From the NCBI GenBank assembly GCA_964016885.1, contig OZ024741.1, forward strand, positions 9,796,001-9,860,000: 64,000 nucleotides of DNA, read 5' to 3'. Below the pieces are notes generated by a model, which saw nothing but the letters and a program-made list of their open reading frames with translations, did not search any database and was not told where the DNA came from. Both the position numbers and the translations under genes were made by a program. Below, piece after piece: positions 13,199 to 26,041 of this stretch (the stretch's first letter is position 1; each line of letters begins with the position of its first letter). Origin of the DNA: Eledone cirrhosa (lineage: Eukaryota).

Positions 13199-15352
13199 AT
13201 GGCTACGAAAAAGAATTTTCATAGGTCACTCCCACTCATTCCGTCTTCTTCTTCCTCAATCGTCACTACAGCAGAGAGAAGATTGTCTCTCTCCCTCCCT
13301 TCTCTAAATGTCTCTCTCACCCTCCCTTCTCTTTCGCAAGCGACGCCAGCAAAGAAAAATCACGTGCAAAGCGTGCAAGATTTCTCCACGACGACGACGA
13401 CAACGACGAAAAAGGTGTGCGGGAAATACGAAAACCCATTTCATTCGTCTGACGTCATGAATAAAAGAAGTAGCAGCCGTAATAACAGCAGCAGCAGCAA
13501 CAGTGACAAGGAAAACAACAGTAGCAGCCGCAACAGCATCAGCAGCAGCATAAACAACAACAGTATTAGCAACAACAGCAACAACAACAGCACCAGCAGC
13601 AACAACAACAACAACCACAGCAACAGCGGCGGCGGCAGTAGTCGTAGTACCTGCAGCAACAACAAAAGTAACAGCAGCTCTGACGACAACAACAACAACA
13701 ACAACAACAGCATCAAAGAAAAACCAATCTCGTTTGCAGGTATCGCAAAGAACCTGGAAACCATCCTCATAACAAATGAGGAATTACAGGAAGCGAAGAA
13801 GATGGTGACGAAAACCGGACACCGAGCAATCTGCAAGGCAGCCGAAAAATGTTTCGAAACCCAACAGCACTGTACGGTCACGTACCGTACAGTAAGCACA
13901 AAATCCCGTAGGGTTGAAAGAGCCTCAGAGGTTCAAATACAAAAAGCCTTAGGGTCTGTGTGGCAGTGGAAAACGCATATCACCCGAGGCAAGAAATAAG
14001 CCACCGTAGACGTGCTTTTTGCCACACCCCAGGAGGAAAAGGCTCAATCCTTAGTGACCCTAAGGAGCGAGGAAATGGTGTTGGTGCCCTCCTACTGCGG
14101 GCAAAAAATTGTGAGGGTCAAACTGACCCAGCCCCCCCCCCCCCCCCCCGGGATGGCCCCTTCTTGGCTGGCCGCGTCTGTCCTCGTCGGAATCGAGGAC
14201 AAAACAACTGTACTGCAAGTACAGAAAAAAGTAAGAGAAGATTGGGTCGGCACTTCCATAGAGATGTTAATCCAAACCAACCAGGAGTGAATCGAAGCTA
14301 TCCTGGATGTGATAGATTTCGATAACGGCACTCAACTGCCCATAAGTGTTGAGGGCAAACGCCCGAAATGCTTTCGCTGTGGATCGAAGACTCACCTCAG
14401 GGCCTTCTGCAACGAGAAGACCCTGAGAAAGGAGAAAACCCCCTCCTTCCGAAACCAGCCCCACGGCTACCAGCAACAGGACAAGCGGCAACCAGGAGCG
14501 ATAGGTCCGTGGCAGCCATACCCACGCCACGGAAATCAAGAACAGCAGCAGCAGTGGAAGTATTAACAACAACAACAGTAATACCAAATGCAGCTGTAAC
14601 AGAGACTCCACTGCAAACATCACCAACAACAACAAGTGAAAGAGTGGAGCTGGTACCCCTCCCCGACCTCACAGAATCAGACATGGAGTGTGAGGTGGGA
14701 GAGGGATGGCAAAAGGTCGTAAGAAGGCACAAACGCAGAAGCAGCTCATCGTCGCCTTCGAAAAGGGAGGAAAGAAATGAAAAAAGGGTAAAGGCTACTG
14801 CAAAGAGACTCACAGCAGCAACACCACCAACATCATCACCACCCACACTAGCACCACCATCACCACCGGCGACAACCCCACCGCCAACAACAACAACACC
14901 TTCAACACCACCACCACAAGCACCAACGTCGCAAACACAACAACAAAACACACACACCCAGCAACAACGACAAGAAAATAGCAGAACCACACCCCACCCC
15001 CAGAAAAACAAATGCACGACAATAAATACACACAACAAGAAACTAATGACTTACATAATTGAACACAGACATTTCACAGCACGACTACATAATACCAGCA
15101 CCAATCAAAACGCCAACGAACATAAGACTGGTAAAAATAGCACAGAAACAATACACAAACATTAAAACGAAATTCCCCAACGCAGTTGGTCATTTCAGAG
15201 ACCCAGGAGGGACTCTCAACCGGAGAGTATATTCGGACATACTCATAGAAGAGCCGACTACCAGCCGAAGGAACGATTCAACGGTCCCTTCACCAGACGA
15301 TCAATTGAAAAGGGATGGTGAAACCATCCTTCCTCTACGAAAAGTACGGTAA
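13199..15352 (+). pseudogene. Disrupted ORF1 of Tx1-type copy 1
   Basis: Stops at 13997 and 14288 and frameshifts relative to intact ORF1; CFRCGSKTHLRAFC knuckle retained. Confidence 0.9.
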
Positions 15353-15387
15353 GTGGTCTTTCCCATCTTTTCCATTCCATTTTAAAC

Positions 15388-18300
15388 ATGACCTCACTCA
15401 GAATAGGCAGCATAAATGCGCGTGGCTTGGGGTCGTCATGGAAGCAGGGTCACCTGCTCAACGACCTCAGGTCACTAAACACAGATGAAGTGGCTATCAG
15501 CGAGATCAGAATCTCCGAAGCACGGGCTTTCGCACTGATCTTCGACGGCTACGATGTGTACGCATCTCCCAGCCGTCCTAGATCGGGGGGGGGGAGTTGC
15601 TGTGCTTTTTCGGAGAGGTTTGGATCTCGCCATACGGGCTATCTTCCTGGACCCAGAGGGAAAGCTGGTGGTGCTGGACGTGACCAGCGGAGACGGGCAA
15701 GCTTTCAGGCTAGTGGCCGTCTATGCCCCGACAGGAGCAGGGCGACCTGATTTCTTCCGGCGTCTGGAGACCTTTCTTGGAACCTTCCGCTCTTTAGTGT
15801 TAGTGGGCGACTGGAACGGGATCTTAGATGCACGCTGGGACTGTGTGGGATTAGCGGATAGGGGTGGAGGGTGCAAGAGCCTCACCAACCTGCTCAGGCG
15901 TTTTGAACTGTCTGACAGGTACCGATTGGATTTCCCGAATGTGCCAATGTGGACTTGGACAAATCGTATAGGGTCATCCAGATCATATCTAGATAGAGTA
16001 TTTTGTAGGGAAATAGATAGGTCTAGCATAGGCTGTCCACAATTCAAGATAGTCAGCTACACGGACCAGAAATTTGTGATCTGTGTGCTTGACTTAGATA
16101 GGCTTCATATACGAGGACCCGGCTACTGGAAGCTAAACGCGTCCTTATCAGCGCGCAAGGCCTACAGAGACCGGATTAGCGAACTAGTTAAGCGGGCGTT
16201 GACGGGGGCCATCGTCAACAACAAGTGGTGGTTTGCTCTGAAAAGAGCGATTAGAATAGATTCCATTAGGTTTAGTAAGGCTTTAGCAATAGAGAAAAAT
16301 AGAGCAGAGGGAGAACTAGTTAGAAAATTAGACGAGGCGCTTAGCAAAGGCATTGCGACCGACGTGCTTGCGGCGAAATTGACCCTTGACCAATTCTTCA
16401 ATGCAAAGCACGAAGGCTGCGTTGTCAGAGCAAGGGTGCGTGCTCTCAGACACGAGGGGACGAAAGCCGTTCAATGGGCCCGAGTGGCGGAGGCGCGTCG
16501 TGGCAACAAAGCCACGATCCGGTTTTGGTGGACCACGACGGGCGCATGCTACTCGATCCCGGGCAAATGTGTGAAGCTTTTCAGCGACACTTCGCTCAGC
16601 TGTTCGGGGGCAGCGGTGGGCCGGGTCGAGGGATGGACTTTAGTGTCTACCTCGACGGACTGCCGCGGCTCTCGGCCACTGAGGCGAAGTGTTGCGAAAA
16701 GCCGATAACAGCCGCTGAAGTAAGGGAGGCAATGACTGGCTGTACAAGGGGTAAATCGCCTGGTTTGGATGGTCTGCCCTATGAACTTTACGTACAGATG
16801 CCAGACTTGTTCGTAGGCCTCTTGGCGGACGTCTACTGCAACTGGCAACAGAACCGGAGAATTCCCAGTTCTGTGAGCCGAGGAGCGGTGGCACTGCTGA
16901 GAAAGGATCCGAACAAGGGGGATAACATAGATAATTTCCGGCCCATAACTCTGCTAAACACAGAGTTCAAGATTTTGGCCAAGGTGCTAGCAAAGAGGTT
17001 GGCGCTTGTCGTTGGTAGTCTGGTGGGAGAGGCGCAGACATGCGCCATTCCCGACAGATCCATCCACGACAACCTCCACCTCATGCGATATATCGTAGAG
17101 AGGGTAGCTAGGGAACCTGGCACGGGTGGGTCCTTGATCAATTTAGATCAGTCGAAAGCTTTCGATAGGGTCGACCATCGTTACCTAGCGGCAGTCCTAA
17201 GTGCGGCTGGCTTTGGGCCCGTCTTCAGAGATGGATCGCTGCCATGCACAGCGACATCTGCTCTGTGGTGAGAGTGAACGGTCACCTGTCGAAACCGTTC
17301 AACATCATGCGCTCGGTCCGCCAAGGATGTCCCCTCTCGTCCCTCTTGTACGTATTGACTCTCGAGCCATTGCTGCACAAACTGGAGACGTTGAGGGGCG
17401 TCCCGCGCGAACTAGGATGCAGAAGATCCGTGTCAGCATATGCGGACGATGTCACCGTAGTGGTGTCGAACGCCAAACACATCGAGGCGATCGGCACTAC
17501 ACTAAGAGAATACGAAGCGGTGACAGGAGCAATGATCAACCAGGAAAAGTCAGTGGGCCTGCAGCTCGGCACCTGGAGAGGCAGGTCCATGCCGTCCAAC
17601 AGCATCGTCGGACGCTGGACGGACGGACCGGTTAAATTGCTAGGGGTCTGGTTCGGTCCGGACCTCCAGACGGACAAAATCTGGGACGAGGTGACGAGAA
17701 GGGTGGCTTCTCTCACCCAGAAATGGGCGGAGAGGAAGCTATCCCTGAAAGGTCGAGCGGAGGTGGCTAACGCGTACATCGCGTCTGTCATCTGCTACCG
17801 CCTAACCGTCGTACCTTGTCCTAAGCCTCGCCTGACTGCGCTGGAGCGTTTGCTCTTTCGCTTTTTGTGGAAGGGACGCGCTCCGATGGTTAGGCGGTCC
17901 ATCTGTTGTCAACACCCGCTACGTGGAGGGCTGGGCATGCCGTGGCTGATGATGCGCAGGCACGCGCTCAGGCTACGACATCTCCACCTCTTCGTCGACG
18001 GTGATCAGGTGTGGTCGCCGTTTGCTAAACACGTATTTCCCCAGCTCGTTTCCTTGACGGGGCTGCAGTCCTGGGTCAAGCGAAGACCGAGAGGGAGCGC
18101 CTGGAGACCGGAATGTCTTCAGGCGCTCACAGCCCTCGACCAATCGGGCAATGTGATCGGTGGAAACTCCACCTCGGCGTTCTATAGAGGATTAGTGGAG
18201 GGGAAGAGCGACGACGTACTTGGGGAAATTCTAGGCGTCGACGAAAATCAACTAGCCAATCTCTTCGGAAGAACTTTCGGGCCAGGGCCTATGGACAACT

Positions 18301-18806
18301 TCCAGAAATCTCTGGCCTGGCAGTGCTACCGAGGAGCCTTGCCAGTTCGGGATAAACTCTACAGGCATGGAGGTGCCGTCAGCCGGGCATGTCCGAGATG
18401 CGCGCAGGGCGACGAAACCGTCCTGCACGCACTCGTCCAGTGTCCGAAAATTGCTGACTTGTGGGTTTATGTCGAACACCTGCTGTCGCGTTTAGGACGG
18501 ATCCGGCTATCATCTGAGTCCATCGTGAGGATTGCCCCGCCATCCTCCTTTAGCCGGGAAGGGCAGGCAGTTTTTATCTGTCTGGTGGCCATGGCGAAAG
18601 AGATAGTATGGTGGACACGTTTGAAAGGGCTGAAGACGAGCACTTACCTCTTCGGTGATGCTCTGATTGACTTTTTCAAATTTCATTTGAAAAGGAAAAT
18701 CAGAGTAGAGAGGTAAGTGCTCTCTTCCCAGCATTTTGTTGAAAGATGGGTGAGAGAAGCAAGAATGGCCCGAGTGAATGGGCCTACTCTGAGTATATAT
18801 CTGTAA
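15388..18806 (+). pseudogene. Disrupted ORF2 (APE-RT) of Tx1-type copy 1
   Basis: Four overlapping ORF pieces (frameshifts near 15590, 16520, 17230), stop at 18714, APE catalytic TDH changed to TDQ. Confidence 0.9.
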
Positions 18807-19075
18807 ATTAAAGGTGGAAAACTGGGAGAGGGCCTTGGTGGTCAGGGTCATTGTGGCCTTTTATTGGGCTTTCTCCACAAATGTCCCTCCGAAGTCTCCC
18901 CCCTATTGGGGAATTTTTCATTGTTATTTTTTGTTACATCCTCTGTTTTTGTTTTTTACACGCAGAAATGCCCATTTATACCGTCCTGTATTGTCCTGCA
19001 CTGTCCTTAATGTCTACTTTATGTAAACCCTTGTGGTTAATAAAGAAATCATTATTATTATTATTATTGTTGTTA

Positions 19076-20248
19076 TTCCTTGAATCTCAGTCATTGATGT
19101 TGGTTAACTGGAAAGTCCGTTGGAATGAATATCAAGCCACTACCTGCAGCCTCAGATATTCAGGACGTATCGGAGGGTTCTTGCTGTTCCAAGCAAGCAT
19201 GCCTTTTGAAGCGTTCCATAAAGCGTGACGGGGCCGATTTTCTTTAACCATGCCTGGAAACTTTTGGAGATAGTCCCCAGTGCGCCTATGACAATCGGGA
19301 TCACTTTGACTTCATGGCAGTTCCAAATCCTTTTCACCTCCCACTTTAGGTCCTGGTATCGGTTAATTTTCTCCCTCTCCTTCTCTTGCACTCTCGTGTC
19401 GAAAAGGCAGGCCACATCCACAATCAGACACGATCTTTTTTCTTTGTCCACAACCACCAGGTCTATTGTGTTCCAGTTTTTTGTCCGTCTGTATCCTAAA
19501 ATCCCACAGCACCTTCACCTGATTGTTCTCCATCACCGCCTCTGGCCTATGCTCATACCATTTCTCAGAGTGTTGTAAATTGTTTACTTTGCACAGGTGC
19601 CAGTGGATCACCCTGCCCATCACATCGTGTCTCCAGCCCTTATAGTGGGTCTGGGCTAGGTGTTTACACTCGGACACAATGTGAGCCACAGTCTCCTCTC
19701 TCTCTCCACAGATCCTGCATAGTGGGCTAGCCTCCTCCTTGTAAATATGGTGCTTCAACCACTTCGTTTTGAGGGCCTGCTCCTGCGCAGCCATTAGCAT
19801 TCCTTCTGTAGCCTTTTTGAGGTCTCCTCTTCTCAACCAGTTAAATGTCTGTGGATCTCTAAATTCAGTTTTCTCAAAGAAGGTACTATGAAGGGATTTT
19901 CCCTTAAGGCTGCTCTTCCTCCTTGATGTTATTTCCTCCTTGGACATCCCCTGGCCTACTGTCCCCTCCTTCAGTACAGTTCTGAGCATTGGCTCCTTAC
20001 TATAGGTCACGTATTTGTATAGGTTGTTTTTCTCCATCTGAACACAGTCCTCTATGCTGATAAGACCTCTTCCACCCTCAGATCTCCTTAGGTAGAGTCT
20101 ATCAACATCACTCCTCTTGTGGAACATGTTGTAGATAGTCAATAGCTTCCTAGTCTTCCTATCCATTTCTTTTTGTTCAGCAACATTCCATCTCAGAATT
20201 CCCGCACTGTACCTAATAATAGACACAGCTCGGGAATTTACTGCGCTT
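19076..20248 (-). mobile_element. R4/Dong-type LINE family B, 5'-truncated
   Basis: CRIC..ETVAHIVSEC, RHD, RP(D), IVDVAC, EKINRYQDL, IPIVIGALG: restriction-like endonuclease domain; in (ATT)n. Confidence 0.9.
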
Positions 20249-20489
20249 TATTATTATTATTATTATTATTATTATTGAATGCCATGGTTGACGGAGGCTC
20301 GGCTCTGTAAGGTATAGTAATTTTTAACCGTTAAAACAATTGTAAATTGTTTAAAACTTGAACCAAATTGTTGATAAAGACACCCTCCTCCTCGTGAGAG
20401 GGGTCTTTCTGTCCGTTATTTGGCCCTTCGGGGTTAAATAACCAGTTATTGGGGTTTTGTACCCAAAATTTCATTTTAAACAAAAAAAC

Positions 20490-22586
20490 ATGGCTACCAA
20501 AAAGAAATTTCATACGTCACTCCCACTCATTCCGTCTTCTTCTTCCTCAATCATCACTACAGCAGAGAGAAGATTGTCTCTCTCCCTCCCTTCTTTAAAT
20601 GTGTCTCTCTCCCTCCCTTCTCTTTCGCAAGTGACGAAAGAAAAGAAAAGTCTCATGCAAAGCGTGCAAGGTTTCTCCACGACGACGACGACAGCGACGA
20701 AACAGGTGTGCGGGAAATACGAAAACCCAGTTCATTCGTCTGACGTCAGGAATAATAGCAGTAGCAGCCGTAATAACAACAGCAACAGTGACAATGAAAA
20801 CAACAGTAGCAGCCGCAACAGCATCACCAGCAGCATAAACAACAACAGCATTAGCAGCAGCAACACCAACAACAACCACAGCAACAGCGGCGGAGGCAGT
20901 AGTCGTAGTACCTGCAGCAACAACAAAAGTACCAGCAGCTCTGACGACAACAACAACAGCAGAGAAAAACCAATCTCATTTGCAGGTATTGCGAAAAATT
21001 TGGAAACAATCCTCATAACAAATGAGGAATTAGAGGAAGCGAAGAAGATGGTGACAAAGAACGGACACCGAGCAATCTGCAAGGCAGCGAAAAATTTTTT
21101 CGAAACCCAAGAGCACTGTACGGTCACGTACCGTACAGTAAGTACAAAATCCCGTAGGGTGGAAAGAGCCACAGAGGCCCAAATACAAAAAGCCTTGGGG
21201 TCTGTGTGGCAGCGGAAAACGCACATCACCCGAGGCAAAAAATATGCCACCGTAGACGTACTTTTTGCCACACCCCAGGAGGCAAAGGCCCAATCAGTAG
21301 TGACCCTAAGGAGCGAGGAAATGGTGTTGGTGCCCTCCTACTGTGGGCAAAAAATTGTGAGGGTCAAACTGACCCACGTCCCCCCCGGAATGACCCCTTC
21401 TTGGCTGGCCGCGTCTGTCCTCGTCGGAATCGAGGACAAAACAACTGTACTGCAAGTACAGAAAAAAGTAAGAGAAGATTGGGTCGGCTCCTCCATTGAG
21501 ATGCTAATCCAAACCAACCAGGAGTGCATCGAAGCTATCCCGGATGTGATAGACTTCGATAACGGCACTCAACTGCCCATAAGTGTTGAGGGCAAACGCC
21601 CGAAATGCTTTCGCTGTGGATCGAAGACTCACCTCAGGGCCTTCTGCAACGAGAAGACCCTGAGAAAGGAGAAAACCCCCCTCCTTCCGAATCCGGCTCC
21701 ACGGCTACCAGCAACAGGACAAGCGGCAACCAGGAACGATAGGCCCGTGGCACCCATACCCACTCCACGGAAATCAAAAACAGCAGCAGCAGTGGAAATA
21801 CTAACAACAACAACAGCAATACCAAATGCAGCTGCAACAGAGACTCCAGTGCAAACATCACCAACAACAACAAGTGAAAGAGTGGAGTTGGTACCCCTCC
21901 CCGACCTCACAGAATCAGACATGGAGTGTGAGGTGGGAGAGAGATGGCAAAAGGTCGTAAGAAGGCACAAACGCAGAAGCAGCGCATCGTCGCCTTTGAA
22001 AAGTGAGGAAAGAAATGAGAAAAGGGTAAAGTCTACTGCAAAGAGACCCACAGCAGCAACAACACCAACACCATCACCACCCACACTAGCGCCACCATCA
22101 CCACCGGCGACAACCCCACCGCCAACAACACCTTCAACACCACCACCACAAGCACCAACATCGCAAACACAACAACAAAACACACACACCCAGCAACAAC
22201 GACAAGAAAATAGCAGAACCACACCCCACCCCCAGAAAAACAAATGCACGGCAATAAATACACACAACAAGAAACTAATGACTTACATAATTGAACACAC
22301 AGACATTTCACAACAGGACTACATAATACCAGCACCAATCAAAACGCCAACTAACATAAGACTGCTAAAAATAGCACAGAAACAATACACAAATATTAAA
22401 ACGAAATTCCCCAACGCAGTTGGTGATTTCAGGGACCTAGGAGGAACCATCAATCGAAGAGTATACTCAGACATTCTCTTAGAAGAGCCGACGACCAGCC
22501 GAAGGGACGATTCAACGGTCCCTTCACCAGACGATCAAGTGAAAAGGGATGTAAAAACCATCCCTCCTCTACCAAAAGTACGGTAA
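20490..22586 (+). CDS. ORF1p, gag-like nucleic-acid-binding protein with CCHC zinc knuckle (698 aa)
   Basis: ATG at 20490 equivalent to 13199; C-x2-C-x4-H-x4-C motif; low-complexity Ser/Asn and Pro/Thr regions. Confidence 0.9.
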   Translation: MATKKKFHTSLPLIPSSSSSIITTAERRLSLSLPSLNVSLSLPSLSQVTKEKKSLMQSVQGFSTTTTTATKQVCGKYENPVHSSDVRNNSSSSRNNNSNSDNENNSSSRNSITSSINNNSISSSNTNNNHSNSGGGSSRSTCSNNKSTSSSDDNNNSREKPISFAGIAKNLETILITNEELEEAKKMVTKNGHRAICKAAKNFFETQEHCTVTYRTVSTKSRRVERATEAQIQKALGSVWQRKTHITRGKKYATVDVLFATPQEAKAQSVVTLRSEEMVLVPSYCGQKIVRVKLTHVPPGMTPSWLAASVLVGIEDKTTVLQVQKKVREDWVGSSIEMLIQTNQECIEAIPDVIDFDNGTQLPISVEGKRPKCFRCGSKTHLRAFCNEKTLRKEKTPLLPNPAPRLPATGQAATRNDRPVAPIPTPRKSKTAAAVEILTTTTAIPNAAATETPVQTSPTTTSERVELVPLPDLTESDMECEVGERWQKVVRRHKRRSSASSPLKSEERNEKRVKSTAKRPTAATTPTPSPPTLAPPSPPATTPPPTTPSTPPPQAPTSQTQQQNTHTQQQRQENSRTTPHPQKNKCTAINTHNKKLMTYIIEHTDISQQDYIIPAPIKTPTNIRLLKIAQKQYTNIKTKFPNAVGDFRDLGGTINRRVYSDILLEEPTTSRRDDSTVPSPDDQVKRDVKTIPPLPKVR

Positions 22587-22621
22587 GTGGTCTTTCCCAT
22601 CTTTTCCACTCTATTTTAAAC

Positions 22622-25600
22622 ATGACCTCACTCAGAATAGGCAGCATAAATGCGCGTGGCTTGGGGTCGTCATGGAAGCAGGGTCACCTGCTCAACGACC
22701 TCAGGTCACTAAACATAGATGTAGTGGCCATCAGCGAGACCAGAATCTCCGAAGCACGGGCCTTCGCACCGATCTTCGGCGGCTTCGATGTGTACGCATC
22801 TCCCAGCCGTCCTGGATCCGGTGGAGGAGTTGCTGTGCTTTTTCGGAGAGGTTTGGATCTCGCCATACGGGCCATCTTCCTGGACCCAGAGGGTAAGCTG
22901 GTGGTGCTGGACGTGACCAGCGGAGACGGGCAAGCTTTCAGGCTAGTGGCCGTCTATGCCCCGACAGGAGCAGGGCGGCCTGATTTCTTCCGGCGTCTGG
23001 AGACCTTTCTTGGAACGTCCCGCTCTTTAGTGTTAGTGGGCGACTGGAACGGGATCTTAGATGCACGCTGGGACTGTGTGGGATTAGCGGATAGGGGTGG
23101 AGGGTGCAAGAGCCTCACCAACCTGCTCAGGCGTTTTGAACTGTCTGACAGGTACCGATTGGATTTCCCGAATGTGCCAATGTGGACTTGGACAAACCGC
23201 ATAGGGTCATCCAGATCATATCTAGATAGAGTATTTTGTAGGGAAATAGATAGGTCTAGCATAGGCTGTCCACAATTCAAGATAGTCAGCTACACGGACC
23301 ACAAATTCGTGATCTGTGTGCTTGACTTAGATAGGCTTCATAGACGAGGACCCGGCTACTGGAAGCTAAACGCGTCCTTACCAGCGCGCAAGGCCTACAG
23401 AGACCGGATTAGCGAACTAGTTAAGCGGGCGTTGACGGGGGCCATCGCCAACAACAAGTGGTGGTTTGCTCTGAAAAGAGCGATTAGAATAGAATCGATT
23501 AGGTTTAGTAAGGCTTTAGCAATAGAGAAAAATAGAGCAGAGGGAGAACTAGTTAGAAAATTAGACGAGGCGCTTAGCAAAGGCATTGCGACCGACGTGC
23601 TTGCGGCGAAATTGGCCCTTGACCAATTCTTCAATGCAAAGCACGAAGGCTGCGTTGTCAGAGCTAGGGTGCGTGCTCTCAGACACGAGGGGACGAAAGC
23701 CGTTCAATGGGCCCGAGTGGCGGAGGCGCGTCGTGGCAACAAAGCCACGATCCGGTCTTTGGTGGACCACGACGGGCGCATGCTACTCGATCCCGGGCAA
23801 ATGTGTGAAGCTTTTCAGCGACACTTCGCTCAGCTGTTCGGGGGCAGCGGGGGGCCGGGTAGAGGGATGGACTTTAGTGTCTACCTCGACGGACTGCCGC
23901 GGCTCTCGGCCACTGAGGCGAAGTGTTGCGAAAAGCCGATAACAGCCGCTGAAGTACGGGAGGCAATGACTGGCTGCACAAGGGGTAAATCGCCTGGTTT
24001 GGATGGTCTGCCCTATGAACTTTACGTACAGATGCCAGACTTGTTCGGAGGCCTCTTGGCGGACGTCTACTGCAACTGGCAACAGAACGGGAGAATTCCC
24101 AGTTCTGTGAGCCGAGGAGCGGTGGCACTGCTGAGAAAGGATCCGAACAAGGGGGATTACATAGACAATTTCCGGCCCATAACTCTGCTAAACACAGAGT
24201 TTAAGATTTTGGCCAAGGTGCTAGCAAAGAGGTTGGCGCTTGTCGTTGGTGGTCTGGTGGGAGAGGCGCAGACATGCGCCATTCCCGACAGATCCATCCA
24301 CGACAACCTCCACCTCATGCGATACATCGTAGAGAGGGTAGCTAGGGAACCTGGCACGGGTGGGCCTTTGATCAATTTAGATCAGTCGAAAGCTTTCGAT
24401 AGGGTCGACCATCGTTACCTAGCGGCAGTCCTGAGGGCGGCTGGCTTTGGGCCCGTCTTCAGAGGCTGGATCGCTGCCATGCACAGCGACATCTGCTCTG
24501 TGGTGAGAGTGAACGGTCACCTGTCGGAACCGTTCAACATCATGCGCTCGGTCCGCCAAGGATGTCCCCTCTCGTCCCTCTTGTACGTATTGACTCTCGA
24601 GCCATTACTGCACAAACTGGAGACGTTGAGGGGAGTCCCGCGCGAACTAGGATGCGGAAGATCCGTGTCAGCATATGCGGACGATGTCACCGTAGTGGTG
24701 TCGAACGCCAAACACATCGAGGCGATCGGCACTACACTAAGAGAATACGAAGCGGTGACAGGAGCAATGATCAACCAGGAAAAGTCAGTGGGCCTGCAGC
24801 TCGGCACCTGGAGAGGCAGGTCCATGCCGTCCAACAGCGTCGTCGGGCGCTGGACGGACGGACCGGTTAAATTGCTAGGGGTCTGGTTCGGTCCGGACCT
24901 CCAGACGGACAAAAACTGGGACGAGGTGACGAGCAGGGTGGCTTCTCTCACCCAGAAATGGGCGGAGAGGAAGCTATCCCTGAAAGGTCGAGCGGAGGTG
25001 GCTAACGCGTACATCGCGTCTGTCATCTGCTACCGCCTAACCGTCGTACCTTGTCCTAAGCCTCGCCTGACTGCGCTGGAGCGTTTGCTCTTTCGCTTTT
25101 TGTGGAAGGGACGTGCTCCGATGGTCAGGCGGTCCATCTGTTGTCAACACCCGCTACGTGGAGGGCTGGGCATGCCGTGGCTGATGATGCGCAGGCACGC
25201 GCTCAGGCTACGACATCTCCACCTCTTCCTCGACGGTGATCAGGTGTGGTCGCCGTTTGCTAGACGCGTTTTTCCCCAGCTCGTTTCTTTGACGGAGCTG
25301 CAGTCCTGGGTCAAGCGAAGACCGAGAGGGAGCGCCTGGAGACTGGAATGTCTTCAGGCGCTCACAGCCCTCGACCAATCGGGCAATGTGATCGGTGGAA
25401 ACTCCACCTCGGCGTTCTATAGAGGATTAGTGGAGGGGAAGAGCGACGACGTACTTGGGGAAACTCTAGGCGTCGACGAAAATCAACTAGCCAATCTCTT
25501 CGGAAGAACTTTCGGGCCGAGGCCTATGGACAACTTCCAGAAATCTCTGGCCTGGCAGTGCTACCGAGGAGCCTTGCCAGTTCGGGATAAACTCTACAGG

Positions 25601-26041
25601 CATGGAGGTGCCGTCAGCCGGGCATGTCCGAGATGCGCGCAGGGCGACGAAACCGTCCTGCACGCACTCGTCCAGTGTCCGAAAATTGCTGACTTGTGGG
25701 TTTATGTCGAACACCTGCTGTCGCGTTTAGGACGGATCCAGCTATCATCTGAGTCTATCGTGAGGATTGCCCCGCCCTCCTCCTTTAGCCGGGAAGGGCA
25801 GGCAGTTTTTATCTGTCTGGTGGCCATGGCGAAAGAGATAGTATGGTGGACACGTTTGAAAGGGCTGAAGACGAGCACTTACCTCTTCGGTGATGCTCTG
25901 ATTGACTTTTTCAAATTTCATTTGAAAAGGAAAATCAGAGTAGAGAAGGAAGTGCTCTCTTCCCAGCATTTTGTTGAAAGATGGGTGAGAGAAGCAAGAA
26001 TGGCCCGAGTGAATGGGCCGACTCTGAGTATATATCTGTAA
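22622..26041 (+). CDS. ORF2p: APE endonuclease + reverse transcriptase + C-terminal zinc finger (1139 aa)
   Basis: SINARG, ISETR, VGDWN, YLDR, TDH; KSPGLDG, RPITLLN, DQSKAFDRVDH, QGCPLS, YADD; CPRC..ETVLHALVQC; GPGYWKLN linker typical of L1/Tx1. Confidence 0.97.
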   Translation: MTSLRIGSINARGLGSSWKQGHLLNDLRSLNIDVVAISETRISEARAFAPIFGGFDVYASPSRPGSGGGVAVLFRRGLDLAIRAIFLDPEGKLVVLDVTSGDGQAFRLVAVYAPTGAGRPDFFRRLETFLGTSRSLVLVGDWNGILDARWDCVGLADRGGGCKSLTNLLRRFELSDRYRLDFPNVPMWTWTNRIGSSRSYLDRVFCREIDRSSIGCPQFKIVSYTDHKFVICVLDLDRLHRRGPGYWKLNASLPARKAYRDRISELVKRALTGAIANNKWWFALKRAIRIESIRFSKALAIEKNRAEGELVRKLDEALSKGIATDVLAAKLALDQFFNAKHEGCVVRARVRALRHEGTKAVQWARVAEARRGNKATIRSLVDHDGRMLLDPGQMCEAFQRHFAQLFGGSGGPGRGMDFSVYLDGLPRLSATEAKCCEKPITAAEVREAMTGCTRGKSPGLDGLPYELYVQMPDLFGGLLADVYCNWQQNGRIPSSVSRGAVALLRKDPNKGDYIDNFRPITLLNTEFKILAKVLAKRLALVVGGLVGEAQTCAIPDRSIHDNLHLMRYIVERVAREPGTGGPLINLDQSKAFDRVDHRYLAAVLRAAGFGPVFRGWIAAMHSDICSVVRVNGHLSEPFNIMRSVRQGCPLSSLLYVLTLEPLLHKLETLRGVPRELGCGRSVSAYADDVTVVVSNAKHIEAIGTTLREYEAVTGAMINQEKSVGLQLGTWRGRSMPSNSVVGRWTDGPVKLLGVWFGPDLQTDKNWDEVTSRVASLTQKWAERKLSLKGRAEVANAYIASVICYRLTVVPCPKPRLTALERLLFRFLWKGRAPMVRRSICCQHPLRGGLGMPWLMMRRHALRLRHLHLFLDGDQVWSPFARRVFPQLVSLTELQSWVKRRPRGSAWRLECLQALTALDQSGNVIGGNSTSAFYRGLVEGKSDDVLGETLGVDENQLANLFGRTFGPRPMDNFQKSLAWQCYRGALPVRDKLYRHGGAVSRACPRCAQGDETVLHALVQCPKIADLWVYVEHLLSRLGRIQLSSESIVRIAPPSSFSREGQAVFICLVAMAKEIVWWTRLKGLKTSTYLFGDALIDFFKFHLKRKIRVEKEVLSSQHFVERWVREARMARVNGPTLSIYL

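Larger units (their letters stand above)
12985..19048 (+). mobile_element. Full-length L1/Tx1-type non-LTR retrotransposon, copy 1 (decayed)
   Basis: Colinear with 20277-26302; (ATT)n on both sides; AATAAA at the 3' end. Confidence 0.95.
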
